Part shown: positions 1 to 11,814 of the stretch, in pieces
Layout of the letters: the number at the start of each line of letters is the position of its first letter
Position numbering within the stretch: position 1 is the first letter of the stretch
From: Octopus sinensis
Lineage: Eukaryota
Assembly (NCBI RefSeq): GCF_006345805.1
Contig: NC_043002.1
Span: forward strand, 89,466,001 to 89,530,000
DNA: 64,000 bases
Direction: 5' to 3'
Program-made: the position numbers and the translations under genes
The notes under the pieces: model-generated
What the model saw: only the letters and a program-made list of their open reading frames with translations
What the model was told of the DNA's origin: nothing
The model's database searches: none

Positions 1-295
1 GAAGGAGAGGAGAGAAATGTGAATGTGTTGTAGTGAAGATAAACCAATGAGAGAAATGTGGCTGTGTTCTATAAGGAAAGTCAGGCAGAAGAGAGTAAGA
101 CTAACACTCATTTCCGTTATAGAGATGTTAAGCATTTTTGGTTCAAAATGACAACATTTATGAAAATATCAAGAATATTGAACAGTTCATTATCATCATC
201 ATCATCGATTAACATCTTTTTGATAATGAAACTTCAACACATTTTTAAATTTAGAAGATATAAACCCTATCGACTACTATTCATAAACATTTCAC

Positions 296-709
296 GGATC
301 TTTTTGGTTTGAACGGCAGTTTTTTCTAGTGGTTTCATATGAAATTGTCACTCATAATTATGACCCTAGTATCGATCTATTGCATTTCAATCTCTTTTAG
401 GGTTAAGAGTGGGGGGAAGGGTATCTTTTTTTTTCTTCACAAATATAAATAAACCCAATCTGTTTCTTAAATAAGGGACATATTCATACGGCACAGAATG
501 TTATTTACCTCAATAGATGTCAGTGATTGGTTGAAATTGCAGAAATTGAAGAAAAAAAAACAACAAATATCTTACAAACTATAGAATTTTCTCAATAAAA
601 CCAAGAGAAAAAGATGTTTTATAAACACATTCTACCAGTATACGAAGTTTAAAATTATTTAGTTACCTAGAAATTATGTTAAAAACTGCCGTTCAAACTG
701 AAAAGATCC
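296..709. mobile_element. MITE, Merlin-like (GG termini, 8-bp TSD)
   Basis: TIRs GGATCTTTT..TTTGAACGGCAGTTTT / AAAACTGCCGTTCAAA..AAAAGATCC; 8-bp direct repeat catttcac at 288-295 and 710-717. Confidence 0.85.
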
Positions 710-1064
710 CATTTCACAAGTTGATTTACAATCATTAAAGTCTACAAATTTAGTTTACAGTGATTATGATTCTAACTAAAAGAATTCTCATTCCATTCAC
801 CTTACCTTTCATTACTTGTGTTGTGTCAACCCCCACCCCAGGCTCCAAACTAATCACTTTCTCAGAACATCAGCACTTGGAATTTCCTTCCTGCTTCATA
901 TCTTTCCCTCAAGTGTTGGTTTACAAAGGTTCAAGAACATTAATGGCATCAATCTCACTTGCCTAGGAGAGGGCCTGTGAAGGCCACAGGCACTACTGCC
1001 TCATCTAGGCCCAACAAGTAAAAAGTCAAGAGCAATTAATCTTAAAACACAGTAAAATACTTAC

Positions 1065-1349
1065 TTGATATCGGAAGTATGTGTGTGGTGGCTGGTAAGT
1101 TTCCTGACCAAAATGACACACAAGTAATTCAACCAAATCATATTTTTCAGTACAGGTGTTTGTAGATATGTTTTTCTTATTGAGAAACACTTGTAAATCT
1201 TTGATTTTCCACTGCATCAAATCACTGCGAGTAAAATTTCCAGAAGCTAAAATCTGACACTTATGACACTGCCGAACAGGCTGTATATTGTTCCATTGTC
1301 GCTGGCAGCAAGACGAGCAGAAATATCGACCACAGTGGCAACAGGTTTT
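1065..1349 (-). CDS. RNF34: Second coding exon of RNF34/RFFL-like gene (rest of FYVE-like finger plus SAP-like helix)
   Basis: AG acceptor at 1351-1350, 285 nt open: KTCCHCGRYFCSSCC...CHKC...DLMQWKIKDLQVFLNKKNISTNTCTEKYDLVELLVCHFG. Matches RNF34 HVCCDCKKDFCSVC...[36 protein letters not shown]. gtaagt donor at 1064; joins the previous exon in frame. Confidence 0.9.
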
Positions 1350-1426
1350 CTACATTAAAATGAATTGACACCATAATTAATTATCAGCAGGTAACATTGA
1401 AACATAAAACCAACAAATTAAAATCA

Positions 1427-2037
1427 TCTCTATATATATAAACGGCAAAATGTCTGTGTGTGTGTCCTTTATACAAATCCACAATTTTTCAGTTAGAGGG
1501 CTCGCACTTTCTATTTCTTTTTTGCCCACAAGGGGCTAAACTTAGAGATGACAGACAAATGGATTAAGTCGATTATATCGAACCCAGTGCATAACTGGTA
1601 CTTATTTAATCGACCCCGAAAAGATGAAAGGCAAAGTCGACCTCGGCGGAATTTGAACTCAGAACGTAACGGTAGACGAAATACTACTAAGCATTTCGCC
1701 CAGCATGCTAATGTTTCTGCCAGCTCACCGCCTTCAGTAGTCGCACTTTCTATGGTCATTCAAAACCGTCCAAGGGTGGTCGTGCACATCTTTACATTTT
1801 CTCAGTCACCACGCAAAGCCATTAAAAAATTAATAGAAGTGACTTTTTTGTGAATTTTCTATCCAAAACCCAATCAAAATGCCTGAAACTTGATACGCCA
1901 ATTGAATGCCAGCTAGCTGTATGTGATTGGTCAGAGATTTGGACAGTACTCGCATGTATGTGTGCAAGCACACAGCTGTATATGCATGCACTAGCACTAT
2001 GATCTGGCTACGCCGGGTCATAGTGCTAATATATTAG
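1427..2037 (+). mobile_element. Non-autonomous Helitron interrupted by a SINE
   Basis: 5' A|TCTCTATATATATAAA, 3' hairpin tagcactatga...tcatagtgcta, then TTAG|T. Homologous to the uninterrupted copy at 18009-18378. Confidence 0.85.
1515..1740 (-). mobile_element. tRNA-derived octopus SINE with 13-bp TSD
   Basis: Minus-strand GAAGGCGGTGAGCTGGCAGAA...GTTCAAATTCCGCCGAGGTCGAC head. TSD tcgcactttctat at 1502-1514 and 1741-1753. Confidence 0.88.
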
Positions 2038-2651
2038 TTAATATTCTATTGATTATCTCAAGTCTCTTCTCTATCATCTTCTAATCATTCACACATGTAA
2101 TAAATGGAATCAGCTGACTGACTGGGATCCAAAGTACCAGTCAGTGGACAAACAACCCTACTGAAATTAGTCTAAGAAAGTAAGTGAAATAGCTACAATC
2201 AGGAATTAAATCCAGATCTTATCTCAGTTTACATTCTATTCTATGGTACTCATTTGCAGTAACTCATATACATACACATCCTGATCAGTGGTACAACATG
2301 AGCCAATGATGACGCTTCTATATGGTTGCTTGACCAGCTAGAAATAACAGTCAAACCTCCCTCAAATCACATCCCTACTCTCTGAAAAATGGAAAGACAT
2401 ATTGGATAATGTCACCCTAGGTATGCAAAGATAAGATGATCAAAGCTAAAATGCTTTTGATCATCAAAGACCTGCTTGTTTAGGAACTACATAGCAACAG
2501 TTTGATACAATGTGATTTCCAGACAGTCTTATATGAAAGAAGAAAATATTTTCACTAGAAACATTTAGACTGGATGAGTAATTTTCTAAACAGTTATTTA
2601 TTTACGAAAGAAAGACAGGAAAATTAAAATATAAATTCAATTGTAACAAAC

Positions 2652-2825
2652 CTTTCTCTTAAATGTATTGAACTGAGCAGTGCAGGACTCACAAGACATT
2701 CCAGGTTGGTTACTTAAAACAGCTGCTGCATCAGTTCTGGGTGCATGGCTTGGTGAAAAATAACTTGGAGATAAATTAGAAGGTTGCCTCCCCCTCCCTT
2801 CAGCCTTCACAACACCAGCCCCCAT
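2652..2825 (-). CDS. RNF34: First coding exon of RNF34/RFFL-like E3 ubiquitin ligase (start of the FYVE-like zinc finger)
   Basis: Translates MGAGVVKAEG...MSCESCTAQFNTFKRK, resembling human RNF34 MGTGAV...VCKACGLSFSVFRKK. Phase-0 GT donor at 2651. Likely acceptor (ttttgtaaag) at 2881 leaves a short 5'UTR part. Confidence 0.85.
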
Positions 2826-3689
2826 ATACAAGTTAAGATACAAATAATAGGTGACACGTTTCAGCAAGTTGGAATGTCAGCTTTACAAAATAATATTTAA
2901 CTGAATAGATTCTGATATGATGATAATCTGAAATATAAAAGTAAAAAAACAAGAATGTCAAGAAGATAACATTATATTACATGTGAATCACATATTTATG
3001 CTATACAGATGACTTATTTATAAACACACACATACATGTATAGAAGAACAATAATATACAACCTCTGTCACTAGTTAATCTGCAGGGCAGAAGTTATACA
3101 TTTGTGTCACAAGTGAGGAGTCATTTTTAATGTTTTAGTCTGAAGGGCCCATGATCTTAGTGAATCTTCCAAGACATGTGAGATCAATACAGTAGACATT
3201 CAGCTTTAATAATACTATCATAATTGTGGGAGCAGTACTCTGTTAGGGGTCAAGATCATAATTGCAATGCTGTCCTAAATGTGGAGGCACTACCATATTT
3301 TGGGTCAGGTTTTTCACTGCTATGCTGCCCCAGAGGTGGGACAGTACTCTAATGTTGGCCAAGTCGACCACTGCAGTAATGTCCTTGGGGAGAACTCTGC
3401 TGTGGATCAGGTTGATGGCTGTAGTACTGTCTCAAATGTAGAAGTTGTATTCTTTTGTTCCAGATATGGGATCAGTACTCTATAGTTGGACTCAGGTGAA
3501 CTTTGTGGAAGTTTAATAATTGACCAAACCAGAGATATTTTTCAGCCTTGAAGAAGAAGGCTAGTTTCTTGAGGACGCAGATTTAACTATATTATGAGAG
3601 GGCATCAGGAAGGATCATCAGAAATTGAGAGGCTCAGCATTCTATAGTGAGTTTAAGGACTTTGTGTCGTCGTCGTCATTATCATCATC

Positions 3690-3990
3690 ATCGTTTAATG
3701 TCCGTTCTCCATGCTGGCATGGGTTGGACGGTTCAACTGGGGTCTGGGAAGCCAGAAGGCTGCACCAGGCTCAAATCTGATCTGGCAGTGTTTCTACAGC
3801 AGGATGCCCTTCCTAACACCAACCATTCCAAGAGTGTTATTGGGTGCTTTTAATGTGCCACAGGCACAGGGGCCAGAGGGGGCAGGCATCGACCACATTT
3901 GGATGGTGTTTTTATGTGCCACTGGCACAGGAGCCAGAGGGGGCTGGCATCGACTATGTTTGGATGGTGTGTTGGGCTTTGTGTGTAGAC
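3690..3990 (-). mobile_element. RTE 3'-tail element
   Basis: catcatcatcgtttaatgtccg...ccatgctggcatggg...ggatgcccttcctaacaccaaccattc, the reverse complement of the RTE 3' end seen at 46233-47200. Confidence 0.8.
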
Positions 3991-4049
3991 AGAGTAGGTT
4001 TAAGGATGATTCCTGAGATTATACCTTTGTGTTGCTGAAGCACAGGATG

Positions 4050-4600
4050 GCATGGGTTGAACAGTTTGACAGAAGCTGACCAGGCAAAAGACTACACCAG
4101 ACTTCTGTATCTGTTTTGGCAGAGTTTTTACAGCTGGATGCCCTTCCTAACATTAACCATCCCACAGAGTGCGCTGAGTGTATTTTATGTGGCACCAGCA
4201 CAGGTGGGGTCAGTTTTGGCATGGTTTTTACAGCTGGGTGCCTTTCCAAATGCCAGCCACTTTGCAGTGTGGACTGGATGCTTTATGTGGCACCAACACG
4301 GGTAGGGTCACCAAGTAACTTGCAAGACAAAGAACCTTTGAGAGGTGAGGGGGCATTGGAGGAGGTGATTTAGTGCCAGATAATGAAAGAGAGACAGAAA
4401 CAGATGTCTTGTTGTAGAGGAAGTACATGGTTACCCTACAAGAGAGAGAAGTACAAAAAAAAGGGTGGCTATATAGAAAGCCTAGACTACATGCAGATGA
4501 CATCTGTATGTGGAATGTTAAGGCAGGAACATTATTGAAGGTTATAGCAAGAAGTTATTAATGTACAAAAGGCAGAGTCAGGAGGACATAACTGAACCTT
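4050..4600 (-). mobile_element. Older RTE 3'UTR-type element
   Basis: Shares ggatgcccttcctaa and caccaagtaacttgcaagacaaag modules with 15570-16170 and 32300-33024. Confidence 0.65.
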
Positions 4601-5299
4601 GGAGCACACCAGAGTTTGGGACAGAGATAGCCTCATTCAATACATGTATTAGTGTAATCTGATAGTAAACTTCTAATTGAAGAGAAGTGAGATGGATGGA
4701 ATCATTGACAGGCAACTAATTAAGAGGTTCTCAGTGTCAGACATGATAAAAGGTTTTGATGTCAAGTGTTATGACATTGCTTTCAACAAATTTCTCAAAT
4801 GCAAACAGCCCCCTCACAAATAGATTTAGATATACTAAATCTGTACTGGTAATTGATAAGAAGTTGGAAGTGAGTGTGAGAGGTCAATAGTGTTCAGAGT
4901 TAGAAAGAGTGTTGTTCTTTTGAATGGGGCAGGCACATTAGCATGAGATCTGGACAGGTCTGTGTTGAGAAAGGAAGATTAGAGTTTGGTGAAGAAAGTG
5001 ACTAGTTATGTGACACTGTGTCTGAAGGTAATGGAAGAGACATTACCAGGGTTGGTCACCTTGTTGGTTTAAAGTCACACATTAGCATCCATACTAACTG
5101 GATGTATCCAAGTTTTTAGAATAGATTACTCTGTATCGCTGTGTATTGTAAGAGATGACTAAGAGGAAGGAGTCATAGTAAGAAGAGCATCCATTTGCAA
5201 AAATTGCTCCAAAATATCTTGGTGAACCCATAATGGCATGGAAGAGCAAATATAAAAACAATGATGATGATTCCAAAACCTCTTGCTAAATATTCACAC

Positions 5300-5760
5300 T
5301 CACAATGTCATTAGCAAAGATACTGAAAACAACATTTACCTCAATCATCTATAGCAGGCAGTAAATTCCTCACTGAACTCGTTGTTCATTCTTACATTGC
5401 TGACATGGCCTGCATAGCTTGTGGGCTGTTTATCTACATCTAGTTTTCTTAGTAACTACTAGATTATAAAGTGTGGTAGTCAGTCAAAGGCCTTCCTCCA
5501 GGTCAATGAACACAAAATATATGATTTGTACTTTGGTAAGCACTTCTATAGTTGTCACATAAAGAAGAGAGCATAAATCCAAAGTACATCTCATCTAAAC
5601 TAATTTTCTTTCTAATAAGTTTATACTATAACTCTTTTCTATTACTTTCATAACTTGGTCCATCAATTTAATGCTTCTGTAGTTGCTTCTTTCTTGAACA
5701 TTCCCTTTGTCCTTCTAAGAGGTTGATGATAATGCTGCTATGTTTGTCCTTAGGAATAAC
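5300..5760 (-). mobile_element. Decayed RTE RT fragment
   Basis: Minus strand reads F-I-D-L-E-(K)AFD-like, then RKL.VD..VR.MQAM..VR.NNEFSEEF-like remnants, colinear with 55940-56497. Confidence 0.55.
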
Positions 5761-7117
5761 CCCTTCCAGTAAAACCTGAATATGCCTAATACATACTACT
5801 TCACCAGATGCTTTCAACTTCTCAAGGATTATCCCTGATGGTCCAGCTACTTAAACATGAAATTTATATATATAAGCCATTGAACATCAACCTGGTTGGA
5901 ACTGCCCTGAGAGTTGAAATTAAAATAGAGATCTTGGAGCAAAATACTATCATGAGATATCAACATGTAAAAATATATCCTTTAGTAAATCAAATTATTT
6001 CACCAAACTGTCCATAATTGCTGATTATTTTGAAAATTAAAATACAAAGGTAAAATGTATTTTTGTTAGAAATATGGTCACAAAAGGTTTAACACTATTA
6101 CATTTATATGTAGGAAGAATCAGCTATGTCTTATTTACCTCTAGATGCAGGTGTTAACTGGCTAAGATACGAACAAATAAAAAGAAAAAGTTTGTCAACT
6201 GCAAATAGCACTCCAACAAATCTTATCTACTGGCAACAACCAAGTGAAATAACATGCTTACTCACCTAACGCATATTGAATTTTAAAAACCCAACTGATA
6301 AGCCTGATTAAACTCTCATAGTAGATATAAACTTATGTATGACCCATATAGTAGCTGACCAATAACTTACAGAACTAGTTATTTTGCTAAACCTCATTGA
6401 ATATTACTATTACAAGCAGAAACATTAGAATATTGGACAAAATAGCTTGCAATATTACTAGCTCTTTACATTGTAAGTTCAAATCTGAGGTCAATCTTGC
6501 CTTGCAACTCTCTGGAACCAATAAAATCAGTACCAGTCAAGTACTGCGGTTGATGACATCAGCCTTCCCACAATCAAAATTACTGACCTTGTGCTTAAAT
6601 TAGAAACTTATTGTTTAGGCACAATATGAATGACTGTAAGACCACTCCAACAATATCTGATTTTCATCATCATTATCATGGTTCTAAAGGCTTGTACTGC
6701 AACACATGGTGTACCTGTGTTCTTGAGATACATGCAGCATTGCCGTTTTAGAATATATGCCATATAGAATGTGGTATTACTAAGGATAAGTATAATTCAA
6801 CTTCACAAGAAATTTTTATCATTCTATTTCATAAAAAAAAAAAAAAATCCCAGTTATTAAGTTCAAATCAAAAATATTATTTCTTACCTTAAAATAAAAT
6901 TAGAAAACATCTGAAAATCAAGTTTCCTGCCCTGAAAATATAAATATATAAGTATATATGAATAGTGCATAAATATATATATATATATATACATACATGC
7001 GCGCACACACACACACACATATACACACACATGTATATTTACAAATACATGCATATATATACACACATACATATATATATATCATCATCATTTAATGTCC
7101 ACTTTCCATGCTGGCAG

Positions 7118-7171
<54 letters not shown>

Positions 7172-7334
7172 TACATATTTACACACACATGTACATTAAA
7201 ATATTTATAATTTCCATCCATGGTTTATTACTATTATTATACACATACATACATACACACACACATATGTATATATATACACATGTATACATATACATAT
7301 ATACATGTATATATGTATATGTATACATATTTAT

Positions 7335-8560
7335 ATAACCATACGAAATCTTATATAGGAGCCACGAAAAATGAAATGATACTTAGATACAATTCCCACC
7401 AATCTACCTTTAGAAATAGAAGTAAAGCAAACTCTACAGGATTTAGTAGCTGCATCTGGGAATTAAAAGACAAAAAAAATCAACTATAGTTTAGGATGGC
7501 ATATCCAAGCAAAAACTTCATCTTATACTATTAACAATAAGCGCTGTGAGCTCTGTATAACAGAGAAACTACTAATTTTAATGGCCAAATCACCTCTGCT
7601 CAATAAAAGATATGAAAATAATTTTTTTTGCTTGCATAAAGGCCAATTCGTATTCTCTAAGTTAAACCTGCTCTTTCTGTATACACCACTAGCTCCTAGC
7701 ATAAATGTTATTAGGAGAACTACTTATCAGCGTATTGCCTCCCCTTAACCTTCCCGAACCTAACAAGCTTATGCATATCCAACCCACATTATAAATAAAT
7801 AAAAATAGTTATATCCTACGCTAGCCTACCCCAACCCACATTATCAATAAATAATTAATATACCTAATCTACTTTCTATGCTAGCCTACCTTTTTCCTAC
7901 ATTTCTTTTCAGCCGAGAACTACTGACTCTTTTTACACGTTAAATTACCCCTCTTCTATCTGTTTCTCTTCCTTTTCATTGCACTCCTCAAACCGAAATA
8001 TTATTCCGATACTTTATCTTTACACACTAAATCATACTCCTGCTAGATATAAACTTTACCCTTATTTACGGCTTCCCTTGCAATTATACGAACTACCCAC
8101 AACCTATAAGTTATTGACGCGTAGCTCCTATTAACTGCACCGGATATCCCTAATTAGGGATAACTCCCTCAGATTACACCAGTGGTCAACTAGCCGAACA
8201 GGCAGACACGTGGAAGTCATGCTAATAACTAACTATGAGACTCCAGATTCAGCCAACCTCTATTCGTCAACTACCTCACAATGGATTTAATGAACTTTGA
8301 ACCCAACTAAAATGTAAGACTTTCGAATCATTGAACATTTTCTTTTCTGAATTCTCCCCCTACCTTTCACTCTATTCTCCTCTTTGTCTATCTCTGACAT
8401 CTTCGGTCTGACGACGTCTACCATTTGCAACGAGGTAAATACATATTTACCTCAACATGGTACACAGAAACAGCTGTAAACTCAATCTTACCTTCACCTT
8501 GCTTTACTAATTAAATAATAGCTTTTTAGCATTAAAGATACACTTCTATTTGTTGTTTTT
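7335..8560 (+). mobile_element. 5'-truncated Penelope-like element (GIY-YIG endonuclease end plus pLTR)
   Basis: KSYIGATKNEMILRYNSHQSTFRNRSKANSTGFSSCIWELKD...KRCELCITEKLLIL...LLNKR (with stop or frameshift), followed by a C/T-rich pLTR containing an HHR motif; flanked by (TA)n. Confidence 0.85.
8401..8485 (+). ncRNA. Degenerate type I hammerhead ribozyme in the Penelope pLTR
   Basis: CTGACGA (8408-8414); long stem II (taccat/atggta plus gaggtaaata/tatttacctc); GAAA 8467-8470; palindromic CAGCTG; TA. Stem I is poorly paired. Confidence 0.6.
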
Positions 8561-8884
8561 CCTCCATTTTCTTATTGTCTATATATACATTAAACTATGG
8601 TTTATCTTTTTAAATTACCTGCTGCCGTATACCTTATACCAAGGACCATACTTACTGAGGTAATTACCAAGAGTCCCTCTGGAAACTTCTATTCCTTAGA
8701 GGGCTTAACACCTCTAAATTATACCTTACATAACACATATATCCATATACACATGTAGATATATACATTTATACATGTATATATATATACATATATACAT
8801 CTCTACATGTATTCATATATACATATATACATATATATATATATACATGTATACATATATACATGTTTACACACACACACACAC

Positions 8885-8961
<77 letters not shown>

Positions 8962-9559
8962 CATACATGTATACATATATAAACATATTATTCATGTATA
9001 GATAAACATATATACACGTGTGTGTATATATATATATACACGCGCACATATCTATCTATCTATATATATATATATTTAATTATTACAGAGGGTACATGAA
9101 GCACCAGCTTGCTAGAAAGGAGAGTCAAAATACATACATATATACGCACACAAATTCATCTACGTACATGTATACACACACAAACATATATACACACACA
9201 CACACAAAGGTAGGTTTAGGAAGGTATGTATGTATGTATGTATGTAGGTAGGTAGGTAGGTAGGTAGATCAGTTCCAGAATTCATTAGAATTTAGGTATG
9301 TCAACAAGTACGATGTCAGGAATGGCTGGGTAATTAATATTGAGCTCACAGTGAAATAAAATAACCCTTAGTTGTCATTTATACTGTAAGCATATATTTA
9401 TACACATACATATATAGTTATATAAATATACATACCGGTATCAAATCTAATAGAAACCATAGATCAGACACAGGGTTGGTTCCAGGTATTGTGTACATAT
9501 AAAAGAACACAAGTGGCGTTCAAAGTTCACAACAGCTGTTTTGGCTGTACTTTTATGAT

Positions 9560-10090
9560 GCATCCGTAGATTACATCATAGCAAAAGCCAGCCATTTTAT
9601 ACACATAAACAAGTACGGTAGAAGCAAAAGTTGTTGGCTCATTCACCAATGACCATAATAAACGTGATATCTTGAAAAAGAACAATAGACGTTCCAGAAC
9701 AAATATGTCAAATCCATCCTATTTTTTAAAGTTATTTTAACAGATTTGACCTACTTGTTGTGGAATATCTGTTTCACTTTCTCTATAAATTCTGTTCTGT
9801 TTTCAAAATATCGCTTGCACATTATGATAGTTGGTACATAGATAGGATGGTTTTGACGTATTTGCTCTGGGATATCTGCTTCACTTTCTCTAGAAATTCT
9901 ACTCTTTTGTTTTTTTTGTGTTTTCCAAAATATCACTTGTTCATTATGGTAGTTGGTAAACAAGTCATCTTTTGCTTCTACCTTACCTGGTTATGTGCTC
10001 AAAATTTACCTGATGATGGCTGGTTTTTGTCATGATGTAATCTATGACGGCATCAATAAAATGTAGCTGAAACAGCTGTTACAAAATTTG
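9560..10090 (+). mobile_element. Possible old Penelope-like relic
   Basis: Weak NSVLFSKYRLH-like C-terminal remnant (~9790-9822), followed about 190 bp later by an HHR motif, the layout expected of a PLE 3' end. Confidence 0.35.
10001..10090 (+). ncRNA. Degenerate type I hammerhead motif
   Basis: CTGATGA 10010-10016, (t)GGCT...AGCT stem II with inner gtcat/atgac, GAAA 10069-10072, CAGCTG, TT; stem I eroded. Confidence 0.5.
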
Positions 10091-10659
10091 AACCCCACTT
10101 TTGTTCTCCTTTCATGTGTGTGTGTGTGTGCATATATTCTTTATGTCATAAGAGTTAAGAAACTTTGAAAGATATGAAATGAATTTTTTTTAATGGTAGA
10201 ACTCAAAGTACATCATCATAATCATCATTTAACATCTGCTTTCCATGCTGGCATGGGTAGGATGGTTTGACAGGGAACCAGCATACTGCAGGGCTGCATT
10301 GAGTTCCAATGTCACTTTTCATGTTTCTATAGCTGGATGCCTTTCCTAATGCCAACTGCTTTACAGTGTGTACCGGGTGCTTTATTTATGCATCTGGCTA
10401 TACAACTTTACAGTGAGCACTGGATTTTTAAATCAGCACTAGTGAGGCTGCTATAAGACAGAAAAGAATAGGGAGAGAGAAGAAAGAAAGGGAGGAAAAA
10501 GCTCCCACTACTAAGAAGTATTTGGGAGAGGAAGGTGGAGATGATTGACTGATTGCCAGGTGTTAAAAGGCTTAAGTATGATAGAGGGACGAAAGTAATA
10601 AATAATTATTTAAGATATGAATATCTAGAATAGATATTCATATCCTAGCTAGTAAAGGA

Positions 10660-10959
10660 GTAAAACCCATGAAAGACCATGGGATTGCATCAAGAAAGTT
10701 ACTCTCCAAGGCACAAGTTTATGGAAGACCAGCAGTCGCTCATGAATACCAACGTCTCCATGCCACCTATGTTATCCAAAGGAAAGGCAAAGGCTGAGAC
10801 AGCTTGGCACCAGTGATGTTGCAACTCATTTCTACAGCTGAGTGAACTGGAGCAATATGAGATAAAGTGTCTTGCTCAAGAACACAACAAATAGCCTGGT
10901 ACAGGAATCAAACTCATAACCTCATGATTGTAAGCTTGATGCTCTAACCACTGAGCCAT
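10660..10959 (-). mobile_element. tRNA-head SINE with conserved central domain (old)
   Basis: Minus-strand TGGCTCAGTGGTTAGAGC...GAGTTTGATTCC...GTGTTCTTGAGCAAGACACTT...CACTCAGCTGTAGAAATGAG; a similar copy lies at 16300-16612. Confidence 0.75.
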
Positions 10960-11729
10960 AGAATGTTGCAAAATATCATGTGAAAAAAGACCCATTAGAT
11001 GAAAAAAAAGTCAAAGGCTGCCTGTGGGGCTGAACTCATAGCTTCTGTAAAGACGACAAACATTCTATGATTATACTAAAGGTAACTGTTTGATTTTTTT
11101 CTCCATCCAATTTAGAAGTTTTGTTCTTACCAATAAGAAATGTATGTTATTTACATCATAAGAATTCAGAAATATTGAGAGATAGGAAGTAAATTGCTTT
11201 TAACAGTGGAATTTGAAGTACATAAAGTTATGAATATTAGTTATAAAACCATTTGGATGGCAAAAAGTCAATGGATGGATACATACAGATGTACATATGT
11301 ACATACATATATATTTGCCTATGAGTGCGTAGGAAATTATATCATTCATCTTTTATTTGTTTCAGTCATTTGACTGCAGCCATGATAGAGTACTGCCTTG
11401 AAGGGTTTTTTAGCCAAACAAATTGACTCCAGAGCTTATTTCTTTCTTTTTTAAGCCTAGTACTTATTCTATCAGTCTCTTCTGCCAAACTGCCAGGTTA
11501 TGGAAATGTAAACACAGTTGTCAAATAGTGATGGGGAGACAAACACAGATACAATGACACTCACACATAGATACACATATATATAAATTAGAGAAGAACC
11601 ACCATAAAGCAATTCAACAATGATATACTTAAATCATACTATATAGAAAAAATTTAAAGATACAATAAAACATTTACCTAGAACTAAATAAAGTACTAAA
11701 TAATAAATAAATAGTATATAATTAGTAAA

Positions 11730-11814
11730 TAGACTACACATGTTTTGTGGTTATATTTTAAAATTGATAACAATAAAATCAATTCAATTTAAATATAGTC
11801 ACTCATCAGGTCTA
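11730..11814 (-). ncRNA. Inactivated type I hammerhead motif
   Basis: Minus strand: TAGAC-CTGATGA-GTG(actatattt...aaatataac)CAC-AAAA-CATGTG-TA-GTCTA. Stem I is a perfect 5 bp; core GAAA has become AAAA, consistent with CpG deamination. Confidence 0.6.

Larger units (their letters stand above)
3130..5060 (-). mobile_element. Highly decayed CR1/L2/Jockey-group LINE RT relic, interrupted by RTE-tail elements
   Basis: Minus-strand remnants resembling PVPKKG..NYRPISLTS (~4900), VIALDISKAFD (~4770) and P.MEY.SHIW (~3480); many stops and frameshifts. Boundaries approximate. Confidence 0.5.
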
